A stretch of DNA of 64,000 nucleotides. Origin: a virus. The notes beneath the pieces were generated by a model. It did not search any database, was not told the origin of the DNA, and saw only the letters and a program-made list of their open reading frames with translations. The stretch is taken from the IMG/VR virus record IMGVR_UViG_3300001685_000001; one strand, 5' to 3'. The position numbers and the translations under genes were made by a program. This document shows positions 57,074-64,000 of the stretch, one piece after another; the first letter of the stretch is position 1; every line of letters begins with the position of its first letter.

Positions 57074-57274
57074 ATGATTTACAAAAAAGAAAAAGTATCA
57101 GATAAAGTGGTTGAAGTGGTAGCAGTATCTAATGGGGAGTCATTAGTAGTAGGAACGATTCATGAAACAAATGGTTTATTTGCAACTGGAAATGGAAAGT
57201 TTCATGATACATTAGACGAAGCTTATACAAAAATTGTAACTGATTACGAAGTTAAAAAGTCAATCATGAAATAA
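57074..57274 (+). CDS. Early hypothetical protein
   Basis: RBS GGAG. Confidence 0.7.
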   Translation: MIYKKEKVSDKVVEVVAVSNGESLVVGTIHETNGLFATGNGKFHDTLDEAYTKIVTDYEVKKSIMK

Positions 57275-57319
57275 AATTCGTGGGGTAGAAATACCCCAAT
57301 TACATAAAGGAGGCTCATC

Positions 57320-57460
57320 ATGGTCAAGAAATTGAACAGCTACTTTTTATCCGATGTTGAAGATGAAATAGATGTAGTCGATTATATTTGGTTTTATGGT
57401 AGCTATGGAACAGTCATTACAGTAGCAACGTTGACATTTTTATCTTTCTTTAATAAATAG
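57320..57460 (+). CDS. 46-aa membrane peptide
   Basis: Hand-translated; RBS AAAGGAGG; hydrophobic C-half. Confidence 0.6.
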   Translation: MVKKLNSYFLSDVEDEIDVVDYIWFYGSYGTVITVATLTFLSFFNK

Positions 57461-57521
57461 ATATTGACAAAGTGTTATAATTATGTTATACTTAACAAAT
57501 AAGAAATGGAGAGTGGATTAA

Positions 57522-58046
57522 ATGTTAGAATTAAAACAGTATAATTTATTAGAAGAAATTGATGGGTACGGTGAAGAAGACATCATAGAAGAAATGTCAA
57601 ATTATGATGGCAGCACTTATGTTTGTGATGCAATTTCAGAAATAGCAGATAGCAATATCCCAATTTACAATAATGACATTTGGAAGAATGTACAGGACAT
57701 TCAAGAATACATTGAACAAGCGATTTCAAGTGGAATCGTAGATACTAGTCACAATGGTATTGATTTAATTAAAGTGTTTCAAGGTGGCTATTATGAATAC
57801 AATACACAATTGTTATATGCGAACCTTGATAGTGTAGCTTTCAATATGGTTGCTGATAAGCTAAATGAATATTTCAATACACTAACAGAAGAACAACTAA
57901 CAAGTCTAGATTTAACAGAAATCGAAGAAGAGTTAGAATCCAAAACAGAGCATTTTGATAATAATAACTATCTTAGCGTGATTGATGATATTTTTGAAGA
58001 GTTGAAGGAAGAAATAGAAGAAGGCTTTGAAGATTCATCTGAGTAA
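57522..58046 (+). CDS. Ocr-like DNA-mimic anti-restriction protein
   Basis: DAISEIADSNIPIYNNDIW vs T7 Ocr DAIHMAADNAVPHYYADIF (recalled); DLIKVFQ..YYE; strongly acidic. Confidence 0.7.
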   Translation: MLELKQYNLLEEIDGYGEEDIIEEMSNYDGSTYVCDAISEIADSNIPIYNNDIWKNVQDIQEYIEQAISSGIVDTSHNGIDLIKVFQGGYYEYNTQLLYANLDSVAFNMVADKLNEYFNTLTEEQLTSLDLTEIEEELESKTEHFDNNNYLSVIDDIFEELKEEIEEGFEDSSE

Positions 58047-58163
58047 TAGCTTAAGAGGAAGATTTATTTCTTCCTCTTATAAAATACATATTGACAAATG
58101 AATTATGGTGTGCTATAATTTACTTATAAGCAAGTATAATAATAAGAGGGGAAATGATAAATA

Positions 58164-58394
58164 ATGAACGTTAAACTTTATGAGGATTTAAAAGAACAGT
58201 TTACAATTATCGACATTGATTTCTATGATGAAGGGGATAAGACATATTTCTTATTTTATGCCAATGAAATCACAGAAAAAAAAGCTAATGAACTGTATGA
58301 TGATTATGATGAGAAGTATGGTGATGAAGAATTTCATGGCGCTTTTGAAGACTACTTACAGGAACTAGAAATTAAATACTATATCTTAAATTAA
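58164..58394 (+). CDS. Early acidic hypothetical protein
   Basis: Own promoter and RBS. Confidence 0.75.
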   Translation: MNVKLYEDLKEQFTIIDIDFYDEGDKTYFLFYANEITEKKANELYDDYDEKYGDEEFHGAFEDYLQELEIKYYILN

Positions 58395-58415
58395 AAGAGA
58401 AATGGGGGAGTTGCA

Positions 58416-58586
58416 GTGGACAACGACAAAATTATCGAGTATGCAATCGCATGGCTTGAAACCACAATAGAAAAGCATGAAAACTTTATTAATAACTTTG
58501 AAGGCGACAAAGATAGTTTAGCTCAAAATTTAATGGTTGAACGGTATAAATCAGAATTAAAGCAATTGGAACATATGAGAAATTAA
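58416..58586 (+). CDS. 56-aa hypothetical protein
   Basis: GTG start after GGGGGAG; hand-translated. Confidence 0.6.
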   Translation: MDNDKIIEYAIAWLETTIEKHENFINNFEGDKDSLAQNLMVERYKSELKQLEHMRN

Positions 58587-58629
58587 TAATAACAGTATTT
58601 TATCAAAAAACGAAATGGAGAGATATGGA

Positions 58630-58908
58630 ATGAGAACAAAGACAATAAAAGACGCAAAGTTAATAGTTAAAGTAGAAGGTTACAAAGATACTAAGAAAAT
58701 AAAAACAGTTTCGATTTTTGATAATCGTAGTCAAAAGTATTTGACAGATGAATTTATTCAGGAGCGTAATGTTAGACACTTTTTAGATTTGAACGATATG
58801 AAAGAAACATTAAACTGGAATTTGAACGGGGACAGCTCAAAATATCAGTTCAAATGGGGACAAAGTGGGAAAACTCATTCAGAAGGATTATGTTATATCT
58901 TTGAATAA
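58630..58908 (+). CDS. Early hypothetical protein
   Basis: RBS GGAG. Confidence 0.65.
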   Translation: MRTKTIKDAKLIVKVEGYKDTKKIKTVSIFDNRSQKYLTDEFIQERNVRHFLDLNDMKETLNWNLNGDSSKYQFKWGQSGKTHSEGLCYIFE

Positions 58909-59006
58909 AAAGTAAATATTATTAAAAGATATATATTGACAAATCAAATAAAATGTGCTATAATTAATTTATAGTACAGAATACATAGTAACTAGGAGGA
59001 TAAGAA

Positions 59007-59350
59007 ATGAATAGAGAGCAATTAATTAAGGCGATTGAAGGCAACTACATAGTTATCTTTTCATTGGATGGTGATAGAAATATTCAAAGTGTTAATGCTA
59101 GACGATATTTTGATAGAAAAAATATTACAATATTGGAACTTCCATTCAAATTCCCAATCATAGATATGATTGTTCAATCGTTGATATGTTTATATCTGAA
59201 AAAAATAAAACTCTATTTATAGCATTAAAAGAAATTTGTAACTGTGATAAACTTTATGATTGTTGTGACTGTGGTTGTGAAGATGGCGATGGTTGTGGTT
59301 GTGCTTATTGTTGGTCTTGCAATGCCTGTGAAGACTGTTTAAGCGAATAA
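59007..59350 (+). pseudogene. Frameshifted gene with metallothionein-like Cys-rich tail
   Basis: -1 shift at A6 (59117-59122) joins the N-terminus to a frame ending CNCDKLYDCCDCGCEDGDGCGCAYCWSCNACEDCLSE. Confidence 0.6.
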
Positions 59351-59375
59351 TAATTAACTACTATTAAACTGGAGC

Positions 59376-59597
59376 GTGAAACAATTGAAAATTAAATTTA
59401 TTGGTGAAGGTTTTAGCTTTAATGATGAAGTAAGATATGATGAGCTAATAGTGGATTTAAGTGGCGACTTCTTCCTAAGTTCAACGGAAGAAAAGAGTGA
59501 TGACAGATTAAAAGAAAATGATGCATTGCACATAGAAAGTAGCAACGGTGGACTATTTGTGAAAAAAGGTACTGTTAAAATTGAAGTATTAAAATAA
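59376..59597 (+). CDS. Early hypothetical protein
   Basis: GTG start with RBS. Confidence 0.6.
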   Translation: MKQLKIKFIGEGFSFNDEVRYDELIVDLSGDFFLSSTEEKSDDRLKENDALHIESSNGGLFVKKGTVKIEVLK

Positions 59598-59611
59598 GAA
59601 GGGGTGTTATC

Positions 59612-59881
59612 ATGAAATCAGAAGAATTAAAACACATATCAGAAGAAGCAGATGTTAGAAACGCAAAAACTTTTTGGGATGGCTTCAAAGATGAACTTTT
59701 TCAAAGAATGAAACGCAATGCAGAAACGGGTTGTCGAGAATTTAGAGTGGATGATTCAGATGATAGTCTTAATAAACATGGGTGGTTAAAAGCTAGTAAT
59801 CTCTATAAAAAAGCAATTGCTGAGTTGGAGCAATTGGGATATACAGTCAATCATTCTAATGATGTAAAAGATGGCACTTAA
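59612..59881 (+). CDS. Early hypothetical protein
   Basis: RBS AAGGGG. Confidence 0.7.
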   Translation: MKSEELKHISEEADVRNAKTFWDGFKDELFQRMKRNAETGCREFRVDDSDDSLNKHGWLKASNLYKKAIAELEQLGYTVNHSNDVKDGT

Positions 59882-59925
59882 ATTATAATTAGATGGTAAA
59901 GGAATATTAATAAGGAGGCTTTACG

Positions 59926-60303
59926 ATGAGAGAAAAGTGGATTGGCGAAGAAAATGACACCAGTGGTACATATGTTAAAACTACATGTAGCGAACTATCT
60001 TTAAGAAGAGGAGGAAAGATAAACGCAAAGAAACTATACAGATTTAAAAGTAGATTTGGAGGAGAGTATAATATCACTGATGAAGAGGCTATTTCAAATA
60101 TAGAAGAATTATTACCTAAAGGAGAAGAGGAAAATTCAGTTAAGTTATATGAATACCTATACGGATTAGTTATAGAGCAATTTGGAATGATTGAATTTAT
60201 TGTAAACATTGGACATCATGTTGCAAAAGAGCGTGATGATGGCTATGTACGGGGCAAAAAACAAATGCAAAAGGAAATGAGAAATTTACTGGGGATAAGA
60301 TAA
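59926..60303 (+). CDS. Early hypothetical protein
   Basis: RBS AAGGAGG. Confidence 0.75.
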   Translation: MREKWIGEENDTSGTYVKTTCSELSLRRGGKINAKKLYRFKSRFGGEYNITDEEAISNIEELLPKGEEENSVKLYEYLYGLVIEQFGMIEFIVNIGHHVAKERDDGYVRGKKQMQKEMRNLLGIR

Positions 60304-60344
60304 ATCAGTAAAAGTTTACTTTTATGAAGGAGGTAAGAATTATT

Positions 60345-60626
60345 ATGAAAACATTCAGTAAATTAAGACAAGAATATTTAAATAAAGGTTTAAATTTAGC
60401 ATATATAAGAAGTGGTAAAAAATATTCAATATCAATCGTTAATGTGCCATTTGTAGTAGAAGGGATTGAACATGAAACAGGCACTTGCCAACTAACAGGA
60501 TACTATAATATCTATGACAAGGCGCAATTGCAAGATGTGGATATGATGTTTGAAAGAGTTATTAATTCATACAAAGAGCAATATGCAACCAATGAAACTA
60601 TGTTATCTTATGTAGATAATATTTAA
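60345..60626 (+). CDS. Early hypothetical protein
   Basis: RBS AAGGAGGT. Confidence 0.7.
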   Translation: MKTFSKLRQEYLNKGLNLAYIRSGKKYSISIVNVPFVVEGIEHETGTCQLTGYYNIYDKAQLQDVDMMFERVINSYKEQYATNETMLSYVDNI

Positions 60627-60717
60627 TAAAAACTGAACTTTATTAAATTAGTTATTGACAAATGATATATCGTGTGCTATAATTAACTTATAAGATAAGA
60701 AAAGGAGAATGATAAAT

Positions 60718-61548
60718 ATGATAGCAATTAACTTTGAACAGACGGTTAAAAATTTCTTGGAAGGTATTACTGATTATGAAACTCTAGATTTATCAGAAAT
60801 AGAAGTGGATGTTTTAATTCAACATGTTGCAAACGAACTAGAAGGATATGAAGATATTGAGCAGAGCAATGTGGAACGTGAGATAAACATCTATCTTCAA
60901 AATACAGGATTCACTTATGACGATGAGGCAGAAGCGTGGGAATTGGCAGAGAAAGTAGATTATCCTCACTATAAAGAAATGTACGTTTTAAAATATAACA
61001 TGAAAGAACTTGCTTTTGACACGATAGAAAAGGCAGAGGCTTACATTAAGGAAAATGATGTTGCATACCCCGAAGTAACTCTAAGCGATGTTAAATATAC
61101 AAACAGACATAGCTTTGAAATTATACAGGACAATGAAACATTTGAATATGAAAAAGGAAAGTTAGAAAAAGTGGAAGATATGAAATGTAACATTTGTGAA
61201 ACTGGGGAAATGGAACATAAACAACTGAAAAAAACTCATGTGTATATCTGTGTAGAGTGTCCTAATGTTCAACTAGAATATTCTTTCTATGAAGATATCG
61301 AAAACTTGTCAGCTTACTTGCGTGGGGAATTAGAGCCTTTGACGGAAGAAGAGCAAATGGAATATATTTTAGCAGAGTTTCTTGGTTTCCATAGTTACGA
61401 TGGAAACAGTGAAAAGCTATCTCATGAAGTTAAATTATTAATTAACAACAATGAAGAGATACATGCAAATGTTTCTGAAACCTACCGATTAAATGGTAAA
61501 CAAGACGAGCTAATGGAAAAAGTAATCGACTCTCTTCTAATTCGATAA
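60718..61548 (+). CDS. Acidic multidomain early protein with central Cys4 zinc ribbon
   Basis: Own promoter; CNIC...CVEC. Confidence 0.75.
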   Translation: MIAINFEQTVKNFLEGITDYETLDLSEIEVDVLIQHVANELEGYEDIEQSNVEREINIYLQNTGFTYDDEAEAWELAEKVDYPHYKEMYVLKYNMKELAFDTIEKAEAYIKENDVAYPEVTLSDVKYTNRHSFEIIQDNETFEYEKGKLEKVEDMKCNICETGEMEHKQLKKTHVYICVECPNVQLEYSFYEDIENLSAYLRGELEPLTEEEQMEYILAEFLGFHSYDGNSEKLSHEVKLLINNNEEIHANVSETYRLNGKQDELMEKVIDSLLIR

Positions 61549-61640
61549 TAAAAGTTGAATATTATTAAGAAATACTTATTGACATATTCTGTTTAGTATG
61601 CTATAATTAGTTATAAGCTTAAGGAAGAGGTTGATAGCAA

Positions 61641-61886
61641 ATGAAATTTAAAACAGTATATCTTGATAAATGGGACAATGACTTACAGGATTCACCCAAT
61701 CGCATTAAAGGGGTGAATGAGGTTATAGAGGTTGTAAGGCAAGAGGGAGGTTGTGAGGTCTCTTTTGATTACGAAGGAAGAACAAGGCATATGTCAGCAT
61801 CTGAAAACTTTGCGAAAATGCTACCTGAAGACTTCAATTACAATATTGGCTATAATTACGAGTTTACGATTACTCTTAAGAAATAA
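61641..61886 (+). CDS. Early hypothetical protein
   Basis: Own promoter and RBS. Confidence 0.75.
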   Translation: MKFKTVYLDKWDNDLQDSPNRIKGVNEVIEVVRQEGGCEVSFDYEGRTRHMSASENFAKMLPEDFNYNIGYNYEFTITLKK

Positions 61887-61944
61887 GGATGGTGGAAGTA
61901 GATTAATTCTACTTCCTAATTCCATACATAATGGAGGTAACACA

Positions 61945-62154
61945 GTGGGCAGAATAAACTATTCTTTAGGACACAAATACATAAATCAGTTTGATAAGAG
62001 AAAACAGGCAGAAATTATTATTGATATTGTTAATGCACTAGTTGAGATTGACCATGTGGATGATTTGCAGAGCTATTTAAATGATGCACTTGATAGTAGA
62101 CTGGGAGACTTAATCGATTTAATAGACATAGAAAAACACATGATAGAGAATTAA
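61945..62154 (+). CDS. Early hypothetical protein
   Basis: GTG after GGAGGT (track ORF 61753 over-extended). Confidence 0.65.
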   Translation: MGRINYSLGHKYINQFDKRKQAEIIIDIVNALVEIDHVDDLQSYLNDALDSRLGDLIDLIDIEKHMIEN

Positions 62155-62248
62155 TTTTAAACTATCTATTGACAAATAAAATATAGTGTGTTATAATTAT
62201 ATTATAGTAAAGAAGAGGAAAACAAAACAATCAGAATGGAGCTTACAT

Positions 62249-63181
62249 ATGAAAATAGATGACTTGAAAGCCAAAGTATTAAAAGCAGAAGAAAAGGTTG
62301 AAAAATGTAAGAAGACGATTGAAAGACACGAAAAGCAAAAGATTAAAAAAATTGATGCACTTGTGAAAAAAGGAATTAATCTTGTAGGATTAAATAAAGA
62401 GGATGTAGAAGAAATTCAATTTGAACATCGTGGAACAGATGAATCATGGGAGATATCTGAAGTGAAGTTCAAACTGGAAGACATTAAAGGTGCTACAAGA
62501 AAACTATCCGATGCAGAGACAATCCTAAACAACTGGAAGAATAAGCTTGATGCCGAAATAGAAAAAGATAACTTCATTAACAATAGTGTTCCACAGGTTA
62601 TCAAAGACTTCCTAGAAGAGTGGAAAAACAATGCTTATGAGTGGCACTTAAGAAAATATGATGCATATGTAGAGTTCCTTGAAAAGCTAAAGACCGATAA
62701 GCTTGAAGCCATCATTGAGTGTGTTAAAACGTTTGAGGTGTATTCTCATCTATTAAATGAAGATGGAGAAGTTAAAAATACAGATGAGTATTCTTTAATA
62801 AACGTTCGACCAAGTGGCACTGTGAAAAACTTCTTAGAAGAAAAGAAATTAGATTATAGAAGTATTGACCAAAGAAAGAAAAACTTTGGTGGAGCTATTA
62901 TTCAAAAGATGCATGAAATTAGAAGCAAAGAAGAGAGAGAGCAATGGATTAACAATCAATTGGAAAATGAAAAGAAATCAAAAATGATTGACTTAATCAC
63001 TCGTATTAACGGTATTGTAGGTACTATTACGGATGCTTCAGAGTTGCGTATAAGCGTTAAAGGGAATTTAGATGGATTCATTACTGGAACAGACGGAAAA
63101 GCTAAAATTGAAACAGTGGGCGCAGGTGGTTACAATATTCAATTATTTCACTTTAGAACATTGGTACATGAAGTGAAATAA
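62249..63181 (+). CDS. Conserved phage coiled-coil protein (AGGYNIQ..H.R C-terminus)
   Basis: Own promoter; start after GGAG. Confidence 0.75.
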   Translation: MKIDDLKAKVLKAEEKVEKCKKTIERHEKQKIKKIDALVKKGINLVGLNKEDVEEIQFEHRGTDESWEISEVKFKLEDIKGATRKLSDAETILNNWKNKLDAEIEKDNFINNSVPQVIKDFLEEWKNNAYEWHLRKYDAYVEFLEKLKTDKLEAIIECVKTFEVYSHLLNEDGEVKNTDEYSLINVRPSGTVKNFLEEKKLDYRSIDQRKKNFGGAIIQKMHEIRSKEEREQWINNQLENEKKSKMIDLITRINGIVGTITDASELRISVKGNLDGFITGTDGKAKIETVGAGGYNIQLFHFRTLVHEVK

Positions 63182-63322
63182 TAATCAAAGGTGACACTCT
63201 TAACAGGGTGTCACACATAAAATATATTTATAAATAGTTATTGACAAATACATAGTAATGTGCTATAATTAAGTTATAAGTAAGAAGAAAACAAATGACA
63301 AGCAATGAAGGAGGAAGGTATA

Positions 63323-63616
63323 ATGGAATTTACAATTGATTCAAGTTTAAAAATCATAAAAGATGTTGAAGGGGCAAGAAAAGTAATAGAAAGAATTACA
63401 GAAGATAACACTCTAAGAATAGAAATTGAGAGTGGGGAGATTGCAGAATTTGCATATAGCAAAGAATCTCAAAGCACATTTTCAAGTGGAATAGGTATCA
63501 CCTATTTAAATAGCAGCTCTACCCCTTTCAATACTATTCCAAACCTATATGACAAGGAAACTGCAAGTAGATTGCTCTATGCTAACAGAAGAGCCTACAA
63601 CAAGAAATTTAAATAA
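63323..63616 (+). CDS. Early hypothetical protein
   Basis: Own promoter, RBS GGAGG. Confidence 0.7.
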   Translation: MEFTIDSSLKIIKDVEGARKVIERITEDNTLRIEIESGEIAEFAYSKESQSTFSSGIGITYLNSSSTPFNTIPNLYDKETASRLLYANRRAYNKKFK

Positions 63617-63630
63617 TAGGAGAGATTAAA

Positions 63631-63816
63631 GTGAATAAAATCAAAGCGATAGATGTATTTAATTGTAATAATGTATTCCCAAAACCATTTCATGAGTGTG
63701 TGGAGATTGCTAAAAGTGTGGGATATTCGTATATGTCTTTTAACACTATGGTGGTTAGTGTGGATGCTAATAGCACATCAGATTATATTTGTTTAGAAAA
63801 AGACTTAGCAGTATAA
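63631..63816 (+). CDS. Early hypothetical protein
   Basis: GTG start, RBS AGGAG. Confidence 0.65.
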   Translation: MNKIKAIDVFNCNNVFPKPFHECVEIAKSVGYSYMSFNTMVVSVDANSTSDYICLEKDLAV

Positions 63817-63853
63817 TACGTGTCTTTTATTAAAAGAATGGAGGAACAATGAT

Positions 63854-64000
63854 ATGGAAGAAATCAAAATCATAGGTTACTTTGTTGATAAGGATGGAGA
63901 CAAATCAATACCCAGTGACGTATTCGTTGCGATTGATGAAGTGGCAGATTTTAAAGGCAATTTGACAATTTATTGCACAATTGGTCAACATGGTAGTGCT
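63854..64000 (+). CDS. Hypothetical protein, runs off the right edge
   Basis: MEEIKIIGYF...CTIGQHGS; RBS GGAGG. Confidence 0.6.
   Translation, partial: MEEIKIIGYFVDKDGDKSIPSDVFVAIDEVADFKGNLTIYCTIGQHGSA

Larger units (their letters stand above)
50565..63281 (+). promoter_or_regulatory. Array of 16 rightward near-consensus sigmaA promoters, mostly TTGACA-17(..TGTGC)-TATAAT
   Basis: -35 at 50565, 50914, 51686, 52520, 52914, 53592, 53940, 54951, 56285, 57464, 58091, 58936, 60655, 61579, 62169, 63241. Confidence 0.9.

Noticed and set aside
50565-63281. Repeated promoter motif as a CRISPR-like array
   Set aside because: Spacing is irregular (0.3-1.7 kb), the intervals contain ORFs, and no cas genes are present

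Overview
This window is about 64 kb of a large, AT-rich, SPbeta-like siphophage or prophage of a Bacillota (Bacillaceae-type) host. Positions 1-40.8 kb form one minus-strand late operon, listed here in transcription order. It starts with a sigma4-like HTH/zinc-finger protein and an HU protein. Next comes an inserted module: a DIP1984-like coiled-coil gene, a ~320-nt structured RNA with 7-nt repeats, an HNH endonuclease, five tRNA or tRNA-like genes and a C-rich trailer. Then follow YonK- and YonJ-like genes, terminase (TerL apparently starting at ATA), portal, protease/scaffold, capsid, neck and tail tube. An intact tyrosine recombinase precedes a 2.6-kaa tape measure with SLT and M23 domains, a split Dit, a Tal with a gp5-like tip, a PAAR-like protein, and tandem SPRY/discoidin fibre paralogues. 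Positions 41-46.7 kb are a replication region: RecD-like helicase, a putative initiator flanked by two AT-rich palindromic units, and three perfect DnaA boxes. Positions 46.7-64 kb are a divergent early/host-takeover region of ~40 small ORFs driven by ~18 near-consensus sigmaA promoters, most overlapped by a CTATAA-N5-TTATAG palindrome. This region includes T3 SAMase-like and T7 Ocr-like anti-restriction candidates. The best candidate for an undescribed system is the coiled-coil gene plus the downstream pseudoknotted heptamer-repeat RNA, which sits beside tRNAs with altered anticodon loops. All protein family calls are from motif recognition and recalled sequences, not database searches.
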